From: Thermoplasmatota archaeon
GTDB taxonomy: Archaea; Thermoplasmatota; JAKEGO01
Assembly: GCA_028279595.1 (NCBI GenBank)
Contig: JANQNK010000004.1
Span: 160,001-224,000, forward strand
Direction of reading: 5' to 3'
Length of the DNA stretch: 64,000 nt
Shown here piece by piece: positions 1 through 14,035 of this stretch. Within the stretch, counting starts at the first letter, position 1. Each line of letters opens with the position of its first letter. The notes beneath the pieces were generated by a model that worked only from the letters and a program-made list of their open reading frames with translations, did not search any database and was not told the origin of the DNA. The position numbers were made by a program, and so were the translations under genes.

Positions 1-760
1 CTACGTCACTGACAAGTCCCTCGTGCTCGGCATATTGACTGAGATCCCGGTCATACTCGTCATTGCATGGGTCTTCGCCTCGATGTACCTCATCGGCATG
101 CAGTTGAACGTCATGACCATCATGATAGCCTCCTTGACGGTGGGGCTGGGAATAACGTACGGCATCCACGTGACGCACCGGTTCGTGGAGGACCTCGCGG
201 CCCTGAACGACATCGACGAAGCGACCAGGAGCACGGTCGTCAACACAGGTACTGCACTGTTCGGGGCGGCGATAACCACGATAGGCGGTTTCGGCATCCT
301 GGTGTTCTCGCCGATACCCCCGATGAAGAAGTTCGGGGCCATCAGCGCCCTCGCCATCTTCTTCAGCCTCATAGCGTCGATATTCGTCCTTCCGACCTTC
401 CTGTCCATCTGGGCCAAGTGGGTCAAGAAGAGGGACCCCTGCTACTTCGAGCACCACGCCGACGTCCAGAAGGAGATAGAGAGGAAGGCTCTGGCTTGCG
501 AGACCCCCGAGGAGGAGGTCACGAAGAGGCCGAAACCGGTGAAGCGACCTGTCAGCAAGGCTGTCAAGAAGGGCGCCAAGAAACCCGCTGCGAAGAGACC
601 CGCACCCAAGAAGCAGGTAGAGGAAGAACCGGAGGACACCGAGGCCGACGAGGAACCCGACGACCTGAACAAGGATGAGGACATGGACCTCAAGGCTGCG
701 GAGTCACCAAAGGAGGAGGAGCCCTCCGAAGCCGCCGACGATGAGGACCTCGAAGACTGA
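1..760 (+). CDS. RND/MMPL-family transporter, C-terminal part (truncated by window start) with Lys/Pro-rich then acidic tail
   Basis: Frame is open from position 2. TM helices carry MMPL-type motifs SLTVGLGITYGIHVTHRF and TGTALFGAAITTIGGFGIL. Confidence 0.8.
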   Translation, partial: YVTDKSLVLGILTEIPVILVIAWVFASMYLIGMQLNVMTIMIASLTVGLGITYGIHVTHRFVEDLAALNDIDEATRSTVVNTGTALFGAAITTIGGFGILVFSPIPPMKKFGAISALAIFFSLIASIFVLPTFLSIWAKWVKKRDPCYFEHHADVQKEIERKALACETPEEEVTKRPKPVKRPVSKAVKKGAKKPAAKRPAPKKQVEEEPEDTEADEEPDDLNKDEDMDLKAAESPKEEEPSEAADDEDLED

Positions 761-932
761 GCCGACGCTCCATCACCCTTCCGGCACTCCCGATACGCGT
801 CGCTGGCGCTACGGCCCGCCAGCGAGCGTGATTTCATTATTTGACGATATCAGCGAGTGTTAGTTGTGACATTACCCATCCCAGGGGGGGTCATGCAGAA
901 GACTTAATAGCGGAAAACGGGATTCTGCAGGC

Positions 933-2030
933 ATGTCCGACGTCTACATAGCGCGCCTGAGGGCATCAGGCAAGCAGGAGAACGTCCAGTCCAAGGTCAG
1001 ATCCCTCTTCAGGAGGGCCGGATTCGCCGAGTTCATCAATCCGCGGGACTTCGTGGCCCTGAAGGTCCACTTCGGAGAACCTGGGAACACCGGTTTCATC
1101 CCGCCGTACAATCTCAAGCCGGTGGTCGAGGAAGCCCTCGCGGCGGGCGGTAAACCATTCCTTACCGATGCCAACACCATCTACCTGGGAGGCCGCTCCG
1201 ACGCTGTAGACCACCTTAACGTGGCGTACGCGCACGGGTTCCTTCCCGCCGTCGTCGGTGCCCCAGTTATCATCGCGGACGGGCTTCGCGGATCGGATTT
1301 CCAAAAGGTCCCCGTGGGATTGAAGCATTTCAATGAGGTCAACATCAGCGGCGCGGCCGTCAGCTCCGAGGTGATCATCGGTCTGACGCACTTCAAGGGC
1401 CACATGCTGGGAGGGTTCGGCGGAACCCTGAAGAACATGGGAATGGGCTTTGCCGCCCGCTCTGGCAAGCAGCTCCAGCATTCCGATCTCAAACCGTGCG
1501 TCGACCAGGACACCTGCGTGGCCTGCTTCGAGTGCATGAAGGCGTGCCCGGTGACCGCCATATCCGAAAGGGACGGGAAGGCGTTCATATCGGAGGATTC
1601 GTGCATCGGCTGCGGCGAATGCACAGCGACCTGCCGCTTCGGGGCCATCGAGGTGCAGTGGAAGACCGACAACGTCGTGTTCCTCGAGAAGATGATGGAG
1701 TATGCCTACGGCGTTCTCGGCAACAAGCTGGACAAGTGCGGTTTCTTCAACTTCATTGTGAACGTCACCCCGGACTGCGATTGCCTCGGGTGGTCCGACG
1801 CAGCCCTGGTCCATGATATCGGGATCGTTGCGTCGAAGGACCCGGTGGCCATCGATCAGGCTTCGGCCGACCTTGTGAACGAGGCCGCCGGTCTGCCCGA
1901 CACCAGATTATCTGCGACAGATGTGGAGGACAAGTTCGCCGACGTCCATAACGTTCCTTGGCGAAGACAGCTGGAGTATGCCGAGGAACTGGGGCTCGGC
2001 ACGAGGGAGTACAGGCTCGTCGACCTTTGA
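933..2030 (+). CDS. DUF362-type Fe-S protein with inserted 2x[4Fe-4S] ferredoxin domain
   Basis: Motifs KVHFGE, THFKGH...GFGGTLKN and PDCDC; ferredoxin motifs CVACFECMKACP and CIGCGECTATC. Confidence 0.85.
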   Translation: MSDVYIARLRASGKQENVQSKVRSLFRRAGFAEFINPRDFVALKVHFGEPGNTGFIPPYNLKPVVEEALAAGGKPFLTDANTIYLGGRSDAVDHLNVAYAHGFLPAVVGAPVIIADGLRGSDFQKVPVGLKHFNEVNISGAAVSSEVIIGLTHFKGHMLGGFGGTLKNMGMGFAARSGKQLQHSDLKPCVDQDTCVACFECMKACPVTAISERDGKAFISEDSCIGCGECTATCRFGAIEVQWKTDNVVFLEKMMEYAYGVLGNKLDKCGFFNFIVNVTPDCDCLGWSDAALVHDIGIVASKDPVAIDQASADLVNEAAGLPDTRLSATDVEDKFADVHNVPWRRQLEYAEELGLGTREYRLVDL

Positions 2031-2163
2031 AACATACCATAGATGATCGGGAACAAATGCCAAGTATTCGAGGAGAATGCAAACTTTTTTATGCGATTTT
2101 CGCGATATCTACGATGAGGGTTGCTATTCGGGTAGCGACCGCTCACGAGAAGGTGATGTGCGT

Positions 2164-5100
2164 ATGTTTGATTTTCCCCGCGGGAAGCGGGTGGTGGGGT
2201 CAGCGATAGCTGGGCTCGTCGTCCTGATGGTATTTAGCGTTCTGAACGCTAGCGCGAACGGAGATTATGTCGAGGCGGACGCCGGAGAGGATATCACTAT
2301 CCTCGAAACGGACCCGGTTGCAGACTTCGACGGATCCGGGTCATCGGCGTATCCCAACGATATCGCCGAGTACGCCTGGGTGTTCGGGGATGGTTCCGAC
2401 GCCGGCTACGGCGAGACGATCTCCCACGAATATTGGGCAGACGACGGCGAGTATCTTGTCTATCTGATCGTCAGCGACACGGAGGGCAACATGGACGACG
2501 ATATGTCGACCGTCACGGTCGAGAACGTCGATCCTGAGGTCTGGGCAGGCCGGGACGTCGAGATATTCGAGGGTTACTATGCGATCTTCAACGGTCAGTT
2601 CAACGACACCGCGAAGGACACCCACGAGATCCGCTGGGAGTTCGGCGATGGATCGAATTCGACCGGAAGCAACTACACCTGGCACCGTTACACGGACCAA
2701 GGCACCTACGAGGTCACCCTGACCGTGACCGACGATGATGGCGGTGTCGGAATGGACTCCCTGTACGTGACAGTGATCAACAGGCCTCCTTACGCAAGGC
2801 TATGGTGGGCCGACTCCTACTACGAAGAACCGGTCATAGACGAGGGGGACACCCTGAACTTCTACGCCCAGTACTACGACTCGGGATGGACCGACGACCT
2901 GACCATCGAGCTGGACTACGGTGACGGTTCCCCGATCGAGGAATGGGAGGACACCTACTACGGATGGGAGCTCATGCACCACGTCTACGAGGACGACGGC
3001 TTCTACAATATCACATTGACGGTGACGGACGAGGATGGCGCTGTCGGCACCGACACCATGATGGTGGAGGTCCACAACGTCGCTCCGACCGTCGAGCTTG
3101 GCGGACCGTACATGACCACGACCGAGGGCGCCTGCAACTACTTCGATGCCACAATGATCGATCCCGGAGCGGACGATACACACACGATAGAGTGGGACTT
3201 CGGTGACGGAACGACCGCATCGGGCTCCCTGGCCCTGTATCATCGATACACGGAGAACGGGGTATACAACGTAACGCTGAACGTCACGGACGATGACGGC
3301 GGTTTCGGCAGCGACACCATGATTATCGCCGTCGACAACGTGGCGCCGAGGGTCTACCTCCTCTGGGACCAGACGGTCGACGAGGGGGATGTCGTGGAGT
3401 TCAAGGCCTACTACTGCGACCCCGGTATCGACGACACGCATATCCTGGTCTGGGACTTCGGGGACGGGACGGTGATCACCGATGATGATCCCGATTCTAC
3501 AGATATCTACTGCAGCAGTGTCTGCACCTTCGCTGCGGAGGACCTTGAGGATGAAGACAATGACTTGAACGATTGCCAGTGCTCGTACTCCTGTTGTCAT
3601 GTGGTGACGATCGAGCACACCTACGTAGACGACGGGGATTTCATGGTGACGCTCACCGTACTCGATGACGACGGTGATTGGGGCAGTGACACATGCGAGG
3701 TGACAGTGGAGAACGTCGCTCCCGAGGTGGATGCGGGAGAGGCCATGGCCATCTACGAAGGCGGCTATGCCATCTTCCAGGGTTCCTTCGAGGACCCGGG
3801 GGCGAACGACACGCACACCATCGAATGGGACTTCGGTGACGGAACGAGCGGGTCCGGTGCTCTCTACACATGGCACCGCTACATGGACGAGGGAGAGTAC
3901 ACCGTGACCCTGACCGTGACGGACGACGATGGCGGTGTGGGCACGGACACCCTGACCCTCTGGGTCCAGAACCGGGCTCCGTGGGCGTACCTGTACGGGA
4001 TCGTGTACACCGAGAACGGCTACGGCTACTACTCGTACTACGCGGAGCCGACGGTCGACGAGGGAGAGCCACTGGACTTCTACGTCTACTACTACGACTA
4101 CGGCTGGAACGACACCCTTGAGGTCACGCTTGACTTCGGTGACGGAACGGCCTCGCTGAGCTGGACCGACGACTACTACGGCTACTTCGTCATGAACCAC
4201 ACCTACATGGACGACGGCGAGTACACCATGACGCTGACCGTTGAGGACAGTGATGGTGGTGTGGGGACCGACACCATGCTGGTAACGGTCGAGAACGTAG
4301 CGCCGCAGATCGGCGACGACGACGAATATGAGGGCCTCGAGGGCGAGTTCCTTACGTTCGAGGCCGAGGTGACGGACCAGGGCGACGACGAACTGACATA
4401 CGAATGGGAATTCGGCGACGGCGAGACAGGCACTGGGATGCCGGTCACCCATGCCTACGGGGACAACGGGGTCTACACCCTGACACTTACGGTCACCGAC
4501 GACGATGGCGGCTCGGACTCCGAGTCGTGGCCTGTCACGATAACGAACGCCGACCCCGTGGCCGATGCCGGCTACTACTACGTCTACACCACCCCCGGCG
4601 AGACCGTGGAGTTCGAGGGTTCGATCACCGACCCGGGTTGGCTCGACACGCACTCTGTCAACTGGAACTTCGCGGACGGGACCGAGGAGAACGATACCCT
4701 GACCCCCGAGCACGCGTTCGATGACATCGGCTACTATCTCGTCTGGTTGACGGTCACCGACGACGACGGCGGTGTCGGAACGGATTACATCTACGTGATA
4801 GTCCGCCAGGAGGGGCCCTACGCCTACCTTTACTGGGACCAGACCGTTGACGAGGGCGAGATGGCCAACTTCTACGCATACGGCTACAACCCGATCAACC
4901 AGGGCGACCTTGAGATGGAGGTGGACTTCGGGGACGGTTCCGCGCCCGTGGAGTGGACCGGGACCTACTATGCCTGGAAGATGCTGAACCACACCTATGG
5001 CGACGATGGCAACTACACGGTCACGCTGACCGTGACGGACGAAGAGGGCGACGAGACCACGGACACCGTCCTGGTGACCGTACTGAACGTCGATCCCGAC

Positions 5101-6189
5101 GTCGAGTGCGACAGCTACCTGGAGACCACCGACGAGGCGCATTACGTCTGGTTCGAGGCGACCATCGATGACCCGGGATGGGAGGACACTCACACGATCG
5201 TCTGGGACTTCGGCGACGGAACGTTCTGGAACGATACGCTGACCCCGTGGCACCGCTACGGCGACAACGGGATCTACAACGTAACTGTGACCGTTACCGA
5301 CGACGACGGCGGTTCTGACAGCGACACTGTCATGGTGAGCGTGTCGAACGTCGACCCATACGTCTGGGCATACTACGATGTCACAGTCAACGAATCCGAG
5401 GTCGCGACGTTCTACGGGGTGTTCTACGATCCCGGATACCTCGACACCCACACGTTCATCTGGGAGTTCGGCGACGGGACGTCCATCGTGACCACGAACT
5501 ACACGGAATACTGGAACGTGGTCGGCCTGTCGATAATGAACCATTCCTACGACGACGACGGCACGTACTACGTGAACGTAACGGTCTTCGATGACGATGG
5601 CGGTTCGAACACCGACACCGTGGAGGTAACCGTGCTCAATCTTCCGCCGGACGTCGAGGCGGGAGCGGACATAACGACCTACGAGGGCTACTACGTCCGC
5701 TTCAACGGATCCTACATGGACCCGAGCCCCGAGGACACGCACACCGTCGAATGGGAGTTCGGAGACGGTACCAACGGCTCCGGAACGCTCACGCCCTACC
5801 ACTGGTACTACGAGGAGGGGGAGTACGACGTGAACCTCACCGTGACCGACGACGACGGAGGCGTCGGCGAGGACTCGCTCGTCGTGACCGTCCTGAACCG
5901 TGCTCCATATGCGTACCTCTACTATCCGCGCTACGACGATCTGAACGTGACGTTCTATCTGTACTACTACGATCCCGGCAGGGACGACCTCGAGATCACG
6001 CTCGATTACGGTGACGGCACGGAGGAGTCCTGGAGCGACACCTACTATCACTGGGAACAGGTGACGCACACATACGAGGAGAGCGGGACCTACACCATAA
6101 CCATGACAGTGGAGGACGACGATGGTGCGAGCACGACAGTGACGCTTTCGGTCACCGTAGAGGGACCGGATCCACCGGACGACCCATAG
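2164..6189 (+). CDS. Secreted 14x PKD-domain repeat protein
   Basis: Start moved to ATG 2164 (GGTGA RBS upstream, followed by a signal peptide). 14 repeats of W(D/E)FGDG...H.Y...G.Y.VTLTVTDDDGG. Confidence 0.9.
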   Translation: MFDFPRGKRVVGSAIAGLVVLMVFSVLNASANGDYVEADAGEDITILETDPVADFDGSGSSAYPNDIAEYAWVFGDGSDAGYGETISHEYWADDGEYLVYLIVSDTEGNMDDDMSTVTVENVDPEVWAGRDVEIFEGYYAIFNGQFNDTAKDTHEIRWEFGDGSNSTGSNYTWHRYTDQGTYEVTLTVTDDDGGVGMDSLYVTVINRPPYARLWWADSYYEEPVIDEGDTLNFYAQYYDSGWTDDLTIELDYGDGSPIEEWEDTYYGWELMHHVYEDDGFYNITLTVTDEDGAVGTDTMMVEVHNVAPTVELGGPYMTTTEGACNYFDATMIDPGADDTHTIEWDFGDGTTASGSLALYHRYTENGVYNVTLNVTDDDGGFGSDTMIIAVDNVAPRVYLLWDQTVDEGDVVEFKAYYCDPGIDDTHILVWDFGDGTVITDDDPDSTDIYCSSVCTFAAEDLEDEDNDLNDCQCSYSCCHVVTIEHTYVDDGDFMVTLTVLDDDGDWGSDTCEVTVENVAPEVDAGEAMAIYEGGYAIFQGSFEDPGANDTHTIEWDFGDGTSGSGALYTWHRYMDEGEYTVTLTVTDDDGGVGTDTLTLWVQNRAPWAYLYGIVYTENGYGYYSYYAEPTVDEGEPLDFYVYYYDYGWNDTLEVTLDFGDGTASLSWTDDYYGYFVMNHTYMDDGEYTMTLTVEDSDGGVGTDTMLVTVENVAPQIGDDDEYEGLEGEFLTFEAEVTDQGDDELTYEWEFGDGETGTGMPVTHAYGDNGVYTLTLTVTDDDGGSDSESWPVTITNADPVADAGYYYVYTTPGETVEFEGSITDPGWLDTHSVNWNFADGTEENDTLTPEHAFDDIGYYLVWLTVTDDDGGVGTDYIYVIVRQEGPYAYLYWDQTVDEGEMANFYAYGYNPINQGDLEMEVDFGDGSAPVEWTGTYYAWKMLNHTYGDDGNYTVTLTVTDEEGDETTDTVLVTVLNVDPDVECDSYLETTDEAHYVWFEATIDDPGWEDTHTIVWDFGDGTFWNDTLTPWHRYGDNGIYNVTVTVTDDDGGSDSDTVMVSVSNVDPYVWAYYDVTVNESEVATFYGVFYDPGYLDTHTFIWEFGDGTSIVTTNYTEYWNVVGLSIMNHSYDDDGTYYVNVTVFDDDGGSNTDTVEVTVLNLPPDVEAGADITTYEGYYVRFNGSYMDPSPEDTHTVEWEFGDGTNGSGTLTPYHWYYEEGEYDVNLTVTDDDGGVGEDSLVVTVLNRAPYAYLYYPRYDDLNVTFYLYYYDPGRDDLEITLDYGDGTEESWSDTYYHWEQVTHTYEESGTYTITMTVEDDDGASTTVTLSVTVEGPDPPDDP

Positions 6190-6216
6190 GCCCGGACCGG
6201 GCCTGAAGCGAGTTGA

Positions 6217-6253
6217 GGGGGTCGGGACGCTGACCCCCGTTTTATCTTTTTTT
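6217..6253 (+). terminator. Intrinsic terminator of PKD gene
   Basis: GGGGGTC-loop-GACCCCC hairpin (6217-6238) followed by a T-rich tract. Confidence 0.65.
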
Positions 6254-6369
6254 ACGTTATTTTCTTATGCAAATACGGTATTTTTCAAGCAGGTCCCTTT
6301 TCGACGATTCACGTCAATCTACCATTTCTGCCGAAGGGTATTTATGTATGAAGGATTGATAGTTATAGT

Positions 6370-6447
6370 GGAGAGCGGGGAACCATCGCGAGTCATTTGG
6401 TCCCCTCTGCGATGGCCTTTCTTTGGCACCCATTCCCGCTCTCTTTT
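6370..6447 (+). ncRNA. Candidate small structured RNA with its own TATA promoter
   Basis: TTTATGTA at 6341-6348; stems 6371-6381/6433-6443 and 6383-6389/6409-6415; followed by TTTT; no credible ORF. Confidence 0.35.
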
Positions 6448-6649
6448 CCCATTCCCGCCAGCACGGACTGCGGCAGTGTTTCGAGTTATGAGGCGACACC
6501 CGTGCAGGTGGTTGACGGCTCCTTTTCGAGCTCTATGAAACCTCAGTCCGGAGTAGGTCTCCGTAAGGTTCTGATGCTCGGATCCGATGATCGGACCAGT
6601 CGTAGAAAGGATTATAACGACGCATTTCGTTCAATCTTACGGGATCCGC

Positions 6650-8479
6650 ATGAAACTACGAAACGCACTCGGAATGATGATAGCCTTAGTCTTAGCGCTG
6701 TTGATCGTGTCGGCTCAGAATGCCGCTGGAGGATATTCGGCCAATCCAGTCGTTGTCATGTCAGAGCTGCCGGATGGAGATTACGAGGTCGGCGACGAAG
6801 TGACGTTCACCGTGAACGTTTTCGAGAAGGGAGAACGCGTCGATGCCGACAACATCACCGTGACGGTCGGTTGGTACTTCGAGGATCGCAAGGTCAATGC
6901 GACACCTACGGGCACTCCAGGCGTCTACGAGGTGACCTTTACAATACAGGAGAACGACTCGTACGAGGGCGAGATCGATATATTCATCACGGTCGAGGTA
7001 GGGAACGTCACCTCGGGCGATTACATCTATTTCTATCTCTATGAAGGGGAGGAGGAACCCGAGGTAGAGGTGGAGGCCAAACCAACATCCTCGTCACTCC
7101 TGAAGCCCGGCGAGACCTTCACCTGCGAGGTCACTGTAACAGAGGATGGGGAGGCGGTCAACGCTGACGATAAGGACATCACCCTTTATGGACCGGAAGG
7201 CACGGAGAAATTGAACTGGACGAAGACCGGGAAGGGCATGTACATGATAACGTACACTGTCCCCGACCACATCACCGATTACAAGAAGTTCTCGATCCAC
7301 ATCTACGTGGATGTCGGAAATTTGACGGAATATGCGTATGCGACCTTCACGGTACTCGACATCCAGGTATGGTACGAGAAGGGTAGTGTCAACAAGACGG
7401 AGCTGGTGGCAACGTTCTGGGTGAACGACCTTGATGGGAACGTTGTGAACGGCGCCCAGGTAAAGATAGAGTACGACCACGACAACGACTACTTCACAGC
7501 GAGACTGATGAAGAGCGGAACCACCGTCAACGGCTCCGTCGAATTGACCCTACCGCACGCCAACCTGACAGGCATCTATGTGACGATAACGGTGAAGATC
7601 ACCAATAGGACTTACTTGATCGGGACAGGGATCGACTGGGACATGGAGGAAATGGAGGAACCAGAGGTCCCCGAACCCTCCGAGGAGGAGTTCGATGTCG
7701 TCCCCGAGGACATGGGATACGAGACGGGACAGCATACGTATGATTTCACAGCTTACAACTATTCCGAGCCCTGGGCCAGTGACTGGGTGTACTATTACGC
7801 AGGATTCTACGGCTCCCCATGTAGGAAGGTCCTCGCATTCGGCAAGGTCAAGACGAACGCTGAGGGCGAGTTCTCCATCAGCTTCAGCACACCCTCGGAT
7901 GAGGGAATGTACATCATGATCTTCTTCCAAGCTGCTACGGGCGACGCGGAGTACGAGGGACAGAGCAACGATGGCAGGGCTTACGAACAGGCCACGGTCT
8001 TCCTCTCGAAATTGACCGTGGAGGGCTCGGTCAAGAGCTCCAGCGTCAAGATCTCTGCAAAGGGCGCGCTGAAATTGAACGATACCAACGATTTCCAGGT
8101 CACGATACCTGGCGAGAGCGGTTTCCTCATGGTGTTCATCATCCCCGTGGACGCCGAGCCGGACTCCCAGATGGAAGCGTATCCCTTCATCCTCTGGGCA
8201 TTGATCCTGCCTGCTGACATTCCGCTCATGACAGGCACCCAGACGGTCTCGGTACTGCTGCCGGCTTATCTGCCCGAAGACCAGAAGTTCCTTTTCGTCG
8301 TGGTGTCGCTCAACGACGAGGGATTGAAGTACAACTACCTCATGCTTAAGGTCGGCCAGAGCGGTGGCACGGGCGACGACGATGACGACGACGGCGGTTT
8401 CTTCCCCGGATTCGAGGGTATCACTGTAGCCGCAGCGCTCGGCGTCGCCTTGGTCGCTATGAGGAGGAAGAGAAGATAG
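6650..8479 (+). CDS. Cell-surface (S-layer-like) protein with PGF-CTERM archaeosortase signal
   Basis: Signal peptide from ATG 6650 (MKLRNALG...), Ig-like beta-rich body, C-terminus DDDDDDGGFFPGFEGITVAAALGVALVAMRRKRR. Confidence 0.85.
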   Translation: MKLRNALGMMIALVLALLIVSAQNAAGGYSANPVVVMSELPDGDYEVGDEVTFTVNVFEKGERVDADNITVTVGWYFEDRKVNATPTGTPGVYEVTFTIQENDSYEGEIDIFITVEVGNVTSGDYIYFYLYEGEEEPEVEVEAKPTSSSLLKPGETFTCEVTVTEDGEAVNADDKDITLYGPEGTEKLNWTKTGKGMYMITYTVPDHITDYKKFSIHIYVDVGNLTEYAYATFTVLDIQVWYEKGSVNKTELVATFWVNDLDGNVVNGAQVKIEYDHDNDYFTARLMKSGTTVNGSVELTLPHANLTGIYVTITVKITNRTYLIGTGIDWDMEEMEEPEVPEPSEEEFDVVPEDMGYETGQHTYDFTAYNYSEPWASDWVYYYAGFYGSPCRKVLAFGKVKTNAEGEFSISFSTPSDEGMYIMIFFQAATGDAEYEGQSNDGRAYEQATVFLSKLTVEGSVKSSSVKISAKGALKLNDTNDFQVTIPGESGFLMVFIIPVDAEPDSQMEAYPFILWALILPADIPLMTGTQTVSVLLPAYLPEDQKFLFVVVSLNDEGLKYNYLMLKVGQSGGTGDDDDDDGGFFPGFEGITVAAALGVALVAMRRKRR

Positions 8480-8564
8480 TCTGGGCCAACCTTCCTAGGA
8501 AAGGCCGTTAATGGACCCACATATCACTGATAGTGGGAACTAGGTCGATGGAAAATGGGGGGGT

Positions 8565-8586
8565 GGCGCGGGCTCCTGCCCGCGCC
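8565..8586 (-). terminator. Hairpin terminator between convergent genes (end of acn-aclBA-icd operon)
   Basis: GGCGCGGGC-TCCT-GCCCGCGCC 9-bp stem, followed on the minus strand by a pyrimidine/T tract. Confidence 0.55.
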
Positions 8587-8620
8587 GCTGTCACCTCTTT
8601 CGTCTTGCCTCGATACTGGA

Positions 8621-12743
<4,123 letters not shown>

Positions 12744-14030
12744 TCAATCACCTCCCTTGAGCGCCATCGAAACGATCTTCGTCATGTGGGTCTCGGGTCC
12801 GTACACCTCGATCGGGATGCCGATGCTCTCTCCCGTCTGGCGCATCTTCGCCAGACCCTCCTTGAAGTTCGGTCCTCCGCGCCTTACGTAGATCTTCACT
12901 CCGGTGTCCTGGAGCTTCGGAGCGAACTCCTCGAGCGCCTGGATTATCCCGGTGAACGTCTTGGCGACGTCCGTGAAGTTCGCGATGCCTCCGCCGATGA
13001 TCAGGTACTTGGGCGTACCGTCGTCGTTCTTCGCCCGGGTCATCAGGTCGAGCACCGTCTTCGTGTACTCGTACGTGAGCTCCTGGGACGGATTGCCGCT
13101 GTACTCGCCGTAGTTGGCGAGCTCCTTGGCAAAGCCCAGGTCAGCGACCGTGTCGGCGTAGATGACGCTCGCGCCGCCTCCTGCCACGAGGTTCCATACC
13201 TTCCCGGTGGGATTGAGCACCGTGAGCTTCAGGGAAGCTCCGGTCCTCTCGTCGAGGTCGGCCACGTACTCCTCCTCCTTGGTCTTCGACAGACCGAAGG
13301 GGTTAGGGAAGCTGACGCCGCCCCACTTGTCGTGACAGCTGAAGGACGCGTAGTCGTCCAGCTTTGCCACCGTGTCGAGTGGGACGATTGTGTCGCCCAC
13401 GAACGTGAACGGGTTCAGCTCGATGTAGGTGAAGTGGTAGTCCACCACGATGTTGTAGAGGGCCGTCACGAAATCCGCCACTGTCTGCCTCTTGTCGCCG
13501 AGCTCGTCCGGAAGCTGTCCTGCCACATCGACCTCGTCGATCGAGGACAGGATCGGGATGTGTATCTCCTTGACCGTGTCCCATACCTCCTCGATGTCGA
13601 CGCCCCCGCTGGTCGAGAAGTGTATCGTATCGCCGTCCCGGTGTGTCGTTATTGCGACGTAGTACTCCTCCTCGTGCGGGACGAAGGGTTCGATCAGGAA
13701 GTGTGTCAGCGTCCCCGACGACTCTCCGGTCGTCTGGACGATCGTCACCTCCTTCTCCATCCTCTCACGGATCCATTCGACCGCCTCGTCCAGCGTCTTG
13801 TCGATGAACAGGAGGTTGTTCTTCCCCCTCTTCCCGAAGAGCTGGTCGGGCTTGACTACCAATTTCTTCTCGCGAAGCCACGGGTATGCCGTGCCGAGCC
13901 CGTCAAGGTCGGTCTCCGGACCGACCAGTACGAGGTCGGTGGTCATCGAGAACTTCCCGTCCGAGAACTCGGACAGGGCTCCAGCCACCATGCGCTTCGC
14001 ATCGTATTCTCTGATGCCTTTCTCTGCCAT
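12744..14030 (-). CDS. aclB: ATP-citrate lyase small subunit (ATP-grasp plus citrate-binding)
   Basis: Start ATG 14030 after GAGGTGA; IREYDAK, VVKPDQLFGKRGK, AGGGASVIYAD, ANYGEYSGNP, GGGIANFTDV, VRRGGPN. Confidence 0.96.
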   Translation of the reverse strand: MAEKGIREYDAKRMVAGALSEFSDGKFSMTTDLVLVGPETDLDGLGTAYPWLREKKLVVKPDQLFGKRGKNNLLFIDKTLDEAVEWIRERMEKEVTIVQTTGESSGTLTHFLIEPFVPHEEEYYVAITTHRDGDTIHFSTSGGVDIEEVWDTVKEIHIPILSSIDEVDVAGQLPDELGDKRQTVADFVTALYNIVVDYHFTYIELNPFTFVGDTIVPLDTVAKLDDYASFSCHDKWGGVSFPNPFGLSKTKEEEYVADLDERTGASLKLTVLNPTGKVWNLVAGGGASVIYADTVADLGFAKELANYGEYSGNPSQELTYEYTKTVLDLMTRAKNDDGTPKYLIIGGGIANFTDVAKTFTGIIQALEEFAPKLQDTGVKIYVRRGGPNFKEGLAKMRQTGESIGIPIEVYGPETHMTKIVSMALKGGD

Positions 14031-14035
14031 CTCAT

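Noticed and set aside
2800-6069. Long antisense ORFs (2800..6069, 12360..14234, 14291..15949, 35881..37293, 45180..46586 and others)
   Set aside because: Shadow frames of high-GC3 genes; they have no motifs and fully overlap well-supported genes on the opposite strand.
6188-6204. Hairpin AGGCCCGG-A-CCGGGCCT at the PKD TAG stop as a readthrough signal
   Set aside because: An in-frame TGA follows within a few codons, so there is no meaningful extension; more likely part of the terminator region.
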